Below are positions 37,799-46,911 of a stretch of DNA of 64,000 nucleotides, piece after piece (the stretch's first letter is position 1; each line of letters begins with the position of its first letter). The position numbers and the translations under genes were made by a program. This stretch comes from an uncultured Candidatus Saccharibacteria bacterium (GTDB lineage Bacteria; Patescibacteriota; Doudnabacteria; UBA920), in NCBI GenBank assembly GCA_964504715.1, contig CAZDEP010000001.1, positions 16,830-80,829 of the forward strand, read 5' to 3'. The notes below the pieces were generated by a model. The model was given only the letters and a program-made list of their open reading frames with translations. It did no database searches and was not told the DNA's origin.

Positions 37799-39286
37799 AT
37801 GACTTTTGAATTTTTATCTCTAACTGACTTACGCAAGCTTTTAGACACCAAACAGGTTTCGTCTGTCGAACTGACGAAATATTTTTTGGAGCGCATAAAA
37901 AAGTATGACAAGGAACTCAATTCCTTCATTACCGTTTGCGAAGAGGAGGCCCTTAAGCAGGCCAAGGACGCTGATGATTTTATAAATAGTCCCGGAGAAA
38001 ATCCTTTTCTTTGCGGGATTCCGTATGCGGCCAAAGACCTGTTCTGCACCAACGGAATACGCACCACCGCAGCTTCCAAAATTTTAGATAACTACATACC
38101 GCCCTACGATTCGACCGTCATTGCCAAATTAAAAGAGCAAAAGGCCGTATTGGTCGGCAAAACCAATTTGGACCAGTTTGCACACGGGTCTTCGGGCGAA
38201 ACGTCCGCTTACGGCCCGACCAAAAACCCCTGGGATAAAACCCGCATGCCGGGCGGTTCTTCTTCGGGCTCGGCTTCCGCCGTTGCGGCGGGCCTGGTGC
38301 CATGGGCCACGGCCACAGAAACCGGCGGCAGCATCCGCCAGCCGGCATCCTTAACCGGGCTTTCCGGCTGGAAACCCACCTACGGCCGAGTAAGCCGCTA
38401 CGGCGTTGTGGCCATGGGTTCATCGCTCGATTCAATTGGCGCCATGGCGGGGAGCGTGGAGGAATTGGCCTATTTGGCAGAATTTATGTCGGGTCGAGAT
38501 GAAAAAGATTCCACCACAGGTCCTACTGAAGTTCCGCGTTATGCATCTTTGCTGTCAAAAGATATTAAGGGCCTGAAAGTTGGGATCCCGAAGGAATATT
38601 TTGTGGAAGGCATGGAGGCGGACGTAAAAGCGCGGGTGTTTGAAGCCATAAAAGAATTGGAAAAACTGGGCGCTAAACTTTACGACGTAAGTTTGCCCAA
38701 CACCAAATACGGTTCTTTGGTTTACGCCATAGTCTGTCCGTCCGAGGTCTCTTCCAATTTAATGCGCTACGACGGCATTCGTTTTGGTTATACATCGAAA
38801 GAAGCAAAAAATTTAATGGAAGTTTACGCCAAAAGCCGGGCGGAAGGTTTTGGCAATGAAGCCAAAAGGCGGATTATGACGGGCACGTACGTTCTTTCCG
38901 CCGGGTATTTTGACGCCTACTATAAAAAGGCGCAAAAAGTTAGAAGGCTGATAGTCAATGAATTCGAAGAAGTTTTTAAAACTGTGGATGTGCTGGCCTG
39001 CCCGTCTTCCCCAAACGTGGCTTCGACTTTAGGCAAGGCGGCGGAAAATCCGCTGCACGGCTACATTGCCGACCAGTTGAACATTCCGGGCAGCTTGGCC
39101 GGCTTGCCTGCGCTTTCGGTCCCGTGCGGTTTTGGCAAACCCAGCGAGGGTGCTTCGCCCTCCATGGACGGCCTGCCCGTGGGCTTACAAATTATTGGCC
39201 CGCAGTGGGGGGAGCAAACGGTATTTAACGTCGGCCACGCGTATCAAAGCGTGACGGATTGGCATAAGAAACACCCCTCAATTTAG
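37799..39286 (+). CDS. gatA: Asp/Glu-tRNA amidotransferase subunit A (amidase signature family)
   Basis: Amidase signature GGSSSGSASAVAAG with catalytic Ser-cisSer-Lys context (KDLFCT...GGSSGGS). Confidence 0.9.
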   Translation: MTFEFLSLTDLRKLLDTKQVSSVELTKYFLERIKKYDKELNSFITVCEEEALKQAKDADDFINSPGENPFLCGIPYAAKDLFCTNGIRTTAASKILDNYIPPYDSTVIAKLKEQKAVLVGKTNLDQFAHGSSGETSAYGPTKNPWDKTRMPGGSSSGSASAVAAGLVPWATATETGGSIRQPASLTGLSGWKPTYGRVSRYGVVAMGSSLDSIGAMAGSVEELAYLAEFMSGRDEKDSTTGPTEVPRYASLLSKDIKGLKVGIPKEYFVEGMEADVKARVFEAIKELEKLGAKLYDVSLPNTKYGSLVYAIVCPSEVSSNLMRYDGIRFGYTSKEAKNLMEVYAKSRAEGFGNEAKRRIMTGTYVLSAGYFDAYYKKAQKVRRLIVNEFEEVFKTVDVLACPSSPNVASTLGKAAENPLHGYIADQLNIPGSLAGLPALSVPCGFGKPSEGASPSMDGLPVGLQIIGPQWGEQTVFNVGHAYQSVTDWHKKHPSI

Positions 39287-39311
39287 AATTATGAAGTAAG
39301 AATTAAGAATT

Positions 39312-39842
39312 ATGGACGAAATCAGAGAATTAATATTGAGAGGAGAAACCTTTCCTGCTAAGCAGGAAGTTGTTTTTGCTCCTGATTATATTTTAGATGT
39401 TGATCAGGAAACTGAGAAAGTCTTAAATCAATACCATAAAATTGGAGTAGACGCCACTAATTTAGTAGCATTAGTTGATGAACCTTTTACTCCAGAAGAG
39501 TATCGGGATGGAAAAAAGACATTGTTGTTAAAAGAAATTCCTGTAATTTCCCCAAAAGCAAGGATTCAGGAATTGGAAAATTATAGAAAGCGTTACAGGG
39601 GAATGTATGATGAAAGGAATGAAAGTTCGGGTATTTTCGTAAACATTGCTGGTACTCGGATTAAATCTCGAAAAGAAAACCCAAGAGAAGTTATGATTTT
39701 TGATTTTATTAGAACATCTAAAGGGGTGGTTGAGTGTCAGTGTTATAAATTGTTAGAAGAAGGACGTTTGAACAACGCCTTTTCTCATAGCATTAATTTT
39801 CCATATAATAGGGAATCGCTCCATGTTTATAATATGGATTAA
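39312..39842 (+). CDS. Hypothetical protein inserted between gatA and gatB
   Basis: 176-aa intact ORF with no motif; it interrupts the otherwise canonical gatCAB operon. Confidence 0.35.
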   Translation: MDEIRELILRGETFPAKQEVVFAPDYILDVDQETEKVLNQYHKIGVDATNLVALVDEPFTPEEYRDGKKTLLLKEIPVISPKARIQELENYRKRYRGMYDERNESSGIFVNIAGTRIKSRKENPREVMIFDFIRTSKGVVECQCYKLLEEGRLNNAFSHSINFPYNRESLHVYNMD

Positions 39843-39848
39843 ATAACT

Positions 39849-41441
39849 ATGAAATCTTTTCCCATATCAACCGAATACAAACCCGTAATTGGTTTTGAAA
39901 TTCACGTCCAGCTGAATACGAAGTCCAAAATGTTTGGGCGGGCGGCGAATAATCCGGACCAGAGCGTGCCGAATACGGACATAGACGAGGTCAATACCGG
40001 CCAGCCGGGGACTTTGCCTGTGGCAAACAAGGAAGCCATCCGCTTGGCCGCCATGGTGGGTTTGGCTTTGAATTGCACAATTGACGAGTGGAGCAAGTTT
40101 GACCGCAAACACTATTTTTATCCCGATTTGCCGAAAGGCTACCAAATTTCGCAGTACGACCAACCGATATCTAAGAATGGGTGGTTGGATGTTGCTGTGC
40201 CTGTCATTGCGAGGAGGAATGCATCTGACGACGAAGCAATCTTACCCCAGGAACAGATTGCTTCGGCCAGTCAAGGATCTGGCCTCGCAATGACAAAAAC
40301 TAAAAGAATCGGCATCACCCGTGCTCATTTAGAAGAAGATGCCGGGAAAAACGTGCATCCCGAGGGCTTGAATTATTCTTTGGTGGATTACAACCGCGCG
40401 GGCGCGCCCTTGCTCGAAATTGTTACGGAGCCGGAAATAGAAAGCGGCGAAGAAGCCAAGGCCTTTTTAACCGAGCTTAGAAATATTATCCGCTATTTGG
40501 GCGCATCGAGCTGCGACATGGAAAAAGGCACCATGCGCGTGGAGCCGAACATTAGCGTGCGAAAGCCCGGCGAAACCACGTTGCCGAAATACAAAGTGGA
40601 AGTTAAGAACATCAACTCCATTAAATTCGCCCAAGCCGCTATAGACTACGAAATTGCGCGGCAAACGGAAATATTAAAAGAGAACGGCGTGCCGAAGCAG
40701 GTGACCATGGGCTGGAATGAAAAGGAAAACAAAACGGTGGAGCAGAGGAGTAAGGAAGAGGCCAATGACTACCGCTACTTCCCGGACCCGGACTTGCCCG
40801 TGTTGCAGTTTACCAAAGCCTATTTGGACGATCTTCGTAATAAAATGCCGGAACTGCCCGCGCAAAAGCGCGAGCGATTTATGAGCGAATACAATTTGCC
40901 TGCGGCAGATGTGGAAAATTTAATAAACTGGAAAGAGCTGGCCGCATTTTTTGAAGATGTGGTGAGCGAGATTCAGGAGTGGAAATTAGTAGATATTGGG
41001 GGAAATTGGGATATTAATGGCACAATAAAACTGGCTGTCAATTGGTGTTTGGGCGAGTTTAGCGCGAATTTGAATCAAAATCATATAAACCCCCAAGACT
41101 CACGTGTGGACGCCGAGAATTTTGCCGAACTTTTGAAAATGATCCAGAAAGGCGAAATTTCCGGCAGTGCCGCCAAACAAGTTTTTAAAGTCATGTTTGA
41201 AAAGGGTGGCGATCCATCTAACATTGTAGAAGACCTAGGCCTTTCGCAAGTGAGCGACGAGTCGGCAATTTCTTCGGCAATCGACACTGTAATATCTAAT
41301 AACCCGAAAGCCGTAGCCGACTTTAAAGCCGGTGAGCAAAAAAGTTTTGGTTTCCTTGTGGGCCAAGCCATGAAAGAACTGAAAGGCAAGGGGAATCCGC
41401 AGGTGATAAACCAGCTTCTTAAAAAGAAGCTGGAGTATTAA
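39849..41441 (+). CDS. gatB: Asp/Glu-tRNA amidotransferase subunit B, containing a 32-codon in-frame insertion
   Basis: FQISQYDQPISKNGW ... KRIGITRAHLEEDAGK ... plus a C-terminal YqeY-like domain. The insertion lies between NGWLDVAV and KTKRIGITR (B. subtilis has only GG there, as recalled from memory). Confidence 0.9.
   Translation: MKSFPISTEYKPVIGFEIHVQLNTKSKMFGRAANNPDQSVPNTDIDEVNTGQPGTLPVANKEAIRLAAMVGLALNCTIDEWSKFDRKHYFYPDLPKGYQISQYDQPISKNGWLDVAVPVIARRNASDDEAILPQEQIASASQGSGLAMTKTKRIGITRAHLEEDAGKNVHPEGLNYSLVDYNRAGAPLLEIVTEPEIESGEEAKAFLTELRNIIRYLGASSCDMEKGTMRVEPNISVRKPGETTLPKYKVEVKNINSIKFAQAAIDYEIARQTEILKENGVPKQVTMGWNEKENKTVEQRSKEEANDYRYFPDPDLPVLQFTKAYLDDLRNKMPELPAQKRERFMSEYNLPAADVENLINWKELAAFFEDVVSEIQEWKLVDIGGNWDINGTIKLAVNWCLGEFSANLNQNHINPQDSRVDAENFAELLKMIQKGEISGSAAKQVFKVMFEKGGDPSNIVEDLGLSQVSDESAISSAIDTVISNNPKAVADFKAGEQKSFGFLVGQAMKELKGKGNPQVINQLLKKKLEY
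40201..40296. repeat. 96-bp palindromic MITE-like element inserted in-frame in gatB
   Basis: Arms tgtcattgcgagg / cctcgcaatgaca; inner arms cgacgaagcaatc / gattgcttcgg. A second copy of the same family lies intergenic at 42977-43083. Confidence 0.65.
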
Positions 41442-41458
41442 GTATTAGGTATTATGCT

Positions 41459-41497
41459 AAAGGCTCAACCTAAGGTTGAGCCTTTAGATTTTTTTAT
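41459..41497 (+). terminator. Rho-independent terminator of gatB
   Basis: aaaggctcaacc-taa-ggttgagccttt followed by agatttttttat. Confidence 0.75.
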
Positions 41498-41940
41498 ATA
41501 GCATGATTTTGTTTCAATGTACTAGTACGGTAATGAAAATTGAATAATGAAGTAAAAATAATGAATTAAAAAGCAAAAAAAGGCACCGCCGACTGGTAAA
41601 ACTGTCGGCGGTGTTTTGAAAACCTCCCTCATTAGCGGAGGTGTTTCCCCGAGCGGGGAAACTCCGAACCCCCGAGACTGGGGGAGTGGGAGGGGGGCGG
41701 AGAAGGAACTTTGGTTATTCCTCCTCCATGACATATCATCTTGGTGTCCTCTTGTGGTTTCTTTTTTTCCCCTGGGGGTTGTGTAAACCCTGGGGGCGCG
41801 AAATCGGGGTTATCAGTGCTGTCACACATGCCTAAAAGTTTAAAATATTTTTTTGTTTTTTTCAAGAGGTTATATTTTTTTGTTAATATTGTTCTCGACA
41901 AGCTCGAACAATATGGGGGCGTGTATTTTTGCAAACATAA

Positions 41941-41985
41941 AAAGGCGGTGTGTGATTGGATCTCTCCAACACCCACCGCCTTTTG
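41941..41985 (-). terminator. Hairpin terminator just downstream of the PEP-CTERM gene
   Basis: aaaaggcggtgtgtg ... acacccaccgcctttt is an imperfect stem with an A/T-run on both sides (bidirectional). Confidence 0.5.
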
Positions 41986-42006
41986 AGATGTAATGCGAAA
42001 CTTCGT

Positions 42007-42660
42007 CTACTTCCTCCGCCGGCGAACGACGGCCATACCCACGAGCCCGGAGCCCAGAAGGGCCCACGTCCCCGGCTCGGGGACGTCGGAGAACTTCGTC
42101 TCCAAACTGAGATTGTCCCATCCCACGGGGCCCTCGCCACCTGAGGACTCGTAAACTCGGCTGCTGCGGGGATCGTCCCCACCAGCAGCGAACGCCACGA
42201 AGGCGTCCACCGAGGTGTTGAGTGTGATGTCTAGTACCAGTACCTGTTCTGGGCTGCTGACGACATAGGGGTTCGTAAGGTAAAAGTGCAAATCGAACCC
42301 CTCCTCGTCACGATTGGCCCCCGGGCTAAAAATCATCGGGCTATTGTAAACTACCCGATAATCCGTCCCCAGGTTAGTCCCAAAGCCCAAAGTTTGCCCT
42401 GTAGCCGTTCCCAAACCTATAGTTGCATCCAGAAGGTAGGGGTCCGAAGTGTAGAATAAATCATCGAGACTCCTAAAGGAGATCTCGCTGATGCGGAAAC
42501 CCGCTGGGATCCCCGTATAGAACTGCTGGTAACGCGCATTCTGCGCGTACCAGCTGAACGGAAAAACGTTGTTGGCGTCGGTGCCACCGATGGTGATTGT
42601 TGAGCCGCTGGCCGAGAAGGCCAAGGCTAAAAACAGAACGAGAAGAGTAAAGTTTCGCAT
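42007..42660 (-). CDS. Secreted PEP-CTERM sorting-domain protein; the gene is GC-rich, roughly 58% against about 44% for its surroundings
   Basis: Signal peptide MRNFTLLVLFLALAFSASGS. C-terminal VPEPGTWALLGSGLVGMAVVRRRRK, that is PEP motif + TM helix + Arg-rich tail. The codon composition is clearly different from neighbouring genes. Confidence 0.6.
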   Translation of the reverse strand: MRNFTLLVLFLALAFSASGSTITIGGTDANNVFPFSWYAQNARYQQFYTGIPAGFRISEISFRSLDDLFYTSDPYLLDATIGLGTATGQTLGFGTNLGTDYRVVYNSPMIFSPGANRDEEGFDLHFYLTNPYVVSSPEQVLVLDITLNTSVDAFVAFAAGGDDPRSSRVYESSGGEGPVGWDNLSLETKFSDVPEPGTWALLGSGLVGMAVVRRRRK

Positions 42661-42976
42661 GATTTTCCCTCCTGCGAATTTGTAGGCGTCGCGGTCTAGT
42701 AGGTGCGGGCGCCAGAAGGTGCTTGGCTTTAAGGCTTTTTAGGCCTTTTTGCTCGCAAATGCGGGCAAAAGTTACTTTTAGAGCCATTTTTAAGTAACCT
42801 ATAATTATATCATAAATTAATAATTTTGTCAATAGTAAAACCTCTTATTTTAGGGGTATTTTCTAAGATTTTAATGAAATTAAGTAATGAAAAAACCATT
42901 TAAAAACCCCTGTCTGGAATAAATCCTTGCAAGGGGTTAGTAATCTATTTAAAATTTAAAATCACCCTATTTTTTT

Positions 42977-43083
42977 CTGTGTCATTGCGAGGAGACAGGG
43001 CCTAGTCTGTCGACGAAGCAATCTAGCAGTTGGGTTTATGTGAAAGATTGCTTCGGTCGTCTAACTCCCTCGCAATGACACAA
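42977..43083. repeat. Intergenic copy of the palindromic MITE-like element found in gatB
   Basis: ctgtgtcattgcgagg ... cgacgaagcaatc ... gattgcttcggtcg ... cctcgcaatgacacaa. Confidence 0.65.
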
Positions 43084-43110
43084 ATAATAAAATGCATAAA
43101 ACATGGCAAT

Positions 43111-44136
43111 TTATTTATTCAACCACTTTCTTATTTCCTGAATTGGCGGGCGGGAGGGGCTTGATATCCAACGAATATTTTTATTCCTTTTCCACCATGT
43201 CATTTGCCGTTTGCTGTAGTGCTTAATCGCAAAAGAAAGCTGGGACACCATAGCATCGTAAGAAATTTTATTTTGAAGATACAGGGAGACAAAACGGTAT
43301 TCCAAACCGAACTGTTCAAGGCGTTTCCAGGTAAGACCATAACCGCCCCTAACCCCTCCTTTGAAAGGAGGGGAATGCAGACTCTTAACTTCTTGGATCA
43401 TACCCGCCTTAAGGCGCGCTTTTAGCCGCTTGTCGATTTTTTTATATAAATCAGCCTGGGGGATTTTTATGCCGAGCCATAGGACTTGGTTTAAGGGATC
43501 CTTCGACTCACCCTCGAGGCCGTCGGGTTCGCTCAGGATGGCGGAGCGTGGCGGAACCGGTTTGCCTGTGGTTAAAATAATTTCCAGCGCGCGAATGAGC
43601 CGTCGTTTGTTATGGCGGTCAATGGTTTTAGCCCTGGCCGGATCGAGTCGGCTAATTCCGGCGAATAAGCCGGTGGTGGAAAGTTTTTCCAGTTTCGCGC
43701 GAAGTTTTAGGTTGGGCTTTACGTCCGGCAGATTTTGGCCGTAAACCACGGCGTCTATCCAGTGGCCGGTGCCGCCGCAGAGAATGGGTAGCTTGCCGCG
43801 GCTCACGATATCATCAACTATTTTTTTTGCCCGGCTTTTAAAAAGCGCAACTGAAAATTGCCTGTGTGGATCAACAAAGTCAATTAAATGGTGGGGGATG
43901 GATTTGTAGACATACACATAATCCGAATGATCCGAATGCTGCAATCCGAATGATCCAAAAGGGGAGTGTTGCCATTGGCCTTCAATTTTCCCTGTGCCTA
44001 AGTCCATACCTTTGTAAATTTGCCGGCTGTCTACGGAAATTATTTCGCCATTAAAACGCTTGGCCAGCTTGACGGCCAATTCGGATTTGCCCGAGGAAGT
44101 GGGGCCGACAATAATTAATAGCTTGTAGGGAGTCAT
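43111..44136 (-). CDS. miaA: tRNA dimethylallyltransferase MiaA
   Basis: P-loop IIVGPTSSGKSELAVKLA, then SVDSRQIYKGMDLGTGK, then PHHLIDFVDP. It carries an in-frame palindrome (43354-43374) and a 3x tandem repeat (43905-43950). Confidence 0.85.
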   Translation of the reverse strand: MTPYKLLIIVGPTSSGKSELAVKLAKRFNGEIISVDSRQIYKGMDLGTGKIEGQWQHSPFGSFGLQHSDHSDYVYVYKSIPHHLIDFVDPHRQFSVALFKSRAKKIVDDIVSRGKLPILCGGTGHWIDAVVYGQNLPDVKPNLKLRAKLEKLSTTGLFAGISRLDPARAKTIDRHNKRRLIRALEIILTTGKPVPPRSAILSEPDGLEGESKDPLNQVLWLGIKIPQADLYKKIDKRLKARLKAGMIQEVKSLHSPPFKGGVRGGYGLTWKRLEQFGLEYRFVSLYLQNKISYDAMVSQLSFAIKHYSKRQMTWWKRNKNIRWISSPSRPPIQEIRKWLNK

Positions 44137-44301
44137 AAAAAAGAAGCAGAAGGAAACACATAGGACCTATAATTTTTTTCCGGCGTGCGGGCTTGGGCGT
44201 TTTAAAGCCGCGCCGTGGATTTTCATCCGGGGGCGCTTTTTTATTTCTCGTTTTTTTGATTTGGTCGGATATTCGTCCAAAATTTTTTTCTTCATAGGTT
44301 T

Positions 44302-44312
44302 TATGGTATAAT
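44302..44312 (+). promoter_or_regulatory. Extended -10-like TATGGTATAAT upstream of the 44347 gene
   Basis: tatggtataat lies about 35 nt upstream of the ATG. Confidence 0.4.
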
Positions 44313-44346
44313 TATTGTATCTTAACTTTAATTTTTTGGAAAATAT

Positions 44347-44904
44347 ATGAAAAAATCAGCCTTATTTATTGTAGTGTTGTTGGTTTTACTCGGAGGTTAC
44401 TATTTGTACGATAAAAATAGCAAATATGCGATGGCGCCAATAGAAAGCGAGGACCAACTTCGCGACCAATCCGGGCAAAAAGAAGATGCCCCGGAGCAGC
44501 CCGGGAGCCAGGCTTCGGGCACGCCTTCTCAGGCTCCGACGGGAAACCCGCAAGCCGCTACGGGCGCCGGCACGGAAGTAAGCGGGCATTTTTCCACGGG
44601 GGAGGAATTGGAAGGGCCGGACATTTTGGTGGTGGAAGTCGCTTATGACGGACAAAATTTTAGTCCCCAAACCGTTTCCGTAAAAGTTGGGGACATTGTG
44701 ATTTTCCGCAATAATTCCGGCAAAGATTTTTGGCCGGCGTCAGGCTCGCACCCGACCCATACTGCTTATCCGGAATTCGATGCCAAAACGGCAATTGCGC
44801 CGAAAGGCAAATTCCAGTTTAAATTTGAAAAGGCGGGACAGTGGGCTTATCACGACCATTTGAATCCTTCGGCAACCGGCGTGATAAATGTGAGCGCGAA
44901 ATAG
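44347..44904 (+). CDS. Secreted cupredoxin-fold-like protein (putative; no Cys ligand seen)
   Basis: Signal/TM anchor, then a low-complexity linker, then a ~100-aa beta-rich domain (VKVGDIVIFRNNSGKDFWP ... AYHDHLNP) that resembles a cupredoxin/EfeO-type fold but lacks the canonical Cys. Confidence 0.35.
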   Translation: MKKSALFIVVLLVLLGGYYLYDKNSKYAMAPIESEDQLRDQSGQKEDAPEQPGSQASGTPSQAPTGNPQAATGAGTEVSGHFSTGEELEGPDILVVEVAYDGQNFSPQTVSVKVGDIVIFRNNSGKDFWPASGSHPTHTAYPEFDAKTAIAPKGKFQFKFEKAGQWAYHDHLNPSATGVINVSAK

Positions 44905-45039
44905 CACTACAGAAAATATCCGGGTATTTTCACAGCTTTCGGATCTTGTAAAATTATAGGACCAATCGGACGAATAAGACTAATGGGTTGTATACGACTG
45001 ATAGTGCATATAAGACCAATAAGACAGGTAGCAAGCATA

Positions 45040-45761
45040 TGACAGACAGCCATCAATATATAAAAAACATTCTTGACCGGCAAATACAGACGGGGCATTT
45101 TCCTCATGCGTATTTATTTGTCGGGCCCAAAGGCTCGGGCAAAAAAACCATGGCAATTGATTTGGCCAAGAAACTTTTGGGCACGGAGAATTTAGCGGTG
45201 CATCCGGATTTTTCGGAATTTAGCGCGGAGGCTGGAGCCTCGGCCGAATCGGTGCGGGAATTTACCATTAGGATGGGCATGAAGCCGTTTGTGGCCAAAC
45301 TCAAATTTGCGCTGGTGGGTAATATGGAGAACCTCACAAGCCAAGGCGCCAACGCGCTTTTAAAGACTTTGGAGGAGCCGCCCGAAAATACGGTTATGGT
45401 CCTAACAGCGAATTTGAGGAGGGTTTTGCCGACAATTTTTTCCCGGTGCCAGGTATTTAATTTTAATAGGCGCGGATCACGCGCGGATTCTAACGCGGAT
45501 TACCCGCTGAAGGATCTTAAAATCAGCGATTATGCTGGCAAGAGTTTGGCCGAAAAGCTTTTGGCAATAAATACATTTGCAGATTTGGAAGAAATGGAGT
45601 TAAGGCAGAGCATTGAAGATTTTATTTACCAAACGGCGGAAACGTTGTCGACATTGCCCCACAAGTATACGCAGCTGGCCGCGGGCCTTAAGGCCTACGA
45701 AGATTTGGACACAAATAAAAATAGAAAATTAATTTTGCAGGGGTTAATGGTAAAAATATAA
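45040..45761 (+). CDS. holB: DNA polymerase III delta' subunit (HolB-like clamp-loader subunit)
   Basis: GHFPHAYLFVGPKGSGKKT (P-loop-like), LLKTLEEPPENTVMVLTA, and SRC motif TIFSRCQVF. The ATG at 45040 is preferred over the track start. Confidence 0.75.
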
Positions 45762-45767
45762 CAGGGC

Positions 45768-45850
45768 TCTCTACGAACTACGAACTGAGTGCGAACTTAC
45801 GAACATCCCGTTTCGTATATTTCGTAAAAAGTTCGTAGTTCGTAGAAAAA
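45768..45850. repeat. About 83-bp structured repeat, copy A (outer 15-bp arms ctacgaactacgaac / gttcgtagttcgtag); it is the inverted partner of copy B
   Basis: tctctacgaactacgaac-tgagtgcgaacttacgaacatcccgtttcgtatatttcgtaaaaa-gttcgtagttcgtag. The reverse complement of the inner 45 bp is found exactly in copy B. Confidence 0.7.
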
Positions 45851-45855
45851 TTTAT

Positions 45856-46911
45856 ATGAAAAACAAAATAATCTTCCTTTCCCTTATTTTTTTAGCGGCT
45901 TCGTGCAACCCGTTTAAGCAGCCGCAAATTGCCGGCGTGGCCAAATCAACGAACGGCGGCGTGGACTGGCAAGCCGCCAACGCCACCAAGGAAAATTTGG
46001 GTTCAGTGGCGGGAGTCAATGTCGCCAAAATGGATTTCGACCCCCAGAACCGCGAAGTGGTGTATGTGTCGGGGTTTAACGACGGTCTTTATAAATCAAC
46101 AGATTCGGCCGGCACTTGGGAAAGGATATTGAGCAATATTTGGGTGTTTGATTTTGCCATAGACCCTTTTGATAGCAAAATTATATACGCCGGCGGTTAT
46201 TTTGGGGACAAGGGCAGCTTGGTTAAAACCCGCGACGGGGGGAAAAGTTGGGAGGAAATTTACAGCGAAGCGACGCCGCAGGTTTCGGTAAGGGGCGTGG
46301 CAATAAACCCCATTAACACCAACCAAATTGTCATAGGCACGAGCGCGGGCGGAGTTATAAAATCCAACGACGGCGGTTTGACCTGGAAGCTGGTGAAAAA
46401 TTTCGGTGAAAGGGTAAACAGGGTCTATTGGCAGAACGGGCAGGTCTACGCTTTGGTGAGGAGCAAGGGCTTGTTTAAGTCCACCAATTTGGACAGCGGG
46501 GAATTTTCCGACCTGACTTTGAGCCTGACCAAAAGCGATAATTTTTACCAAAACTTCATTGGCATAAACGATCAAAGCTTTAACCAGGCCTATATAGACA
46601 CACTGGCCCCCGGACTGATATATTTAACAGCAGGGAAAGGGTTTTTTAAAACCGTAAACGAGGGGCAAACATGGCAGAAGTTGGCGTTGCCGGGAAATTA
46701 TGACGTAAATTTGCCTGCCCGCCCGGTTGCGGTTTATAAACAATCAAGCAATATTGTAATGGTAGGCATTGGCAATGTGGTTTACAGGTCGGCCGACGGG
46801 GGCACAACCTGGCAAACGCAAAAAGTCAATTCTTTGGGTTTTGTAAATTATATATTAATCGACCCGCAGCTTTCCCAGATTGTTTATGCTGGGAATTTTG
46901 TATCACAATAA
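45856..46911 (+). CDS. BNR/Asp-box repeat lipoprotein (sialidase-like beta-propeller fold without obvious catalytic residues)
   Basis: Lipoprotein signal LSLIFLAASCNP. There are five S/T-x-D-x-G-x-T/S-W Asp-box motifs: STDSAGTW, TRDGGKSW, SNDGGLTW, VNEGQTW, SADGGTTW. Confidence 0.6.
   Translation: MKNKIIFLSLIFLAASCNPFKQPQIAGVAKSTNGGVDWQAANATKENLGSVAGVNVAKMDFDPQNREVVYVSGFNDGLYKSTDSAGTWERILSNIWVFDFAIDPFDSKIIYAGGYFGDKGSLVKTRDGGKSWEEIYSEATPQVSVRGVAINPINTNQIVIGTSAGGVIKSNDGGLTWKLVKNFGERVNRVYWQNGQVYALVRSKGLFKSTNLDSGEFSDLTLSLTKSDNFYQNFIGINDQSFNQAYIDTLAPGLIYLTAGKGFFKTVNEGQTWQKLALPGNYDVNLPARPVAVYKQSSNIVMVGIGNVVYRSADGGTTWQTQKVNSLGFVNYILIDPQLSQIVYAGNFVSQ

Noticed and set aside
44347-44904. Calling the 185-aa secreted protein a blue-copper protein (plastocyanin/azurin)
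   Set aside because: The beta-rich domain and an H..H..M-like spacing are suggestive, but the essential Cys ligand is absent, so only a generic cupredoxin-like fold is suggested, at low confidence.
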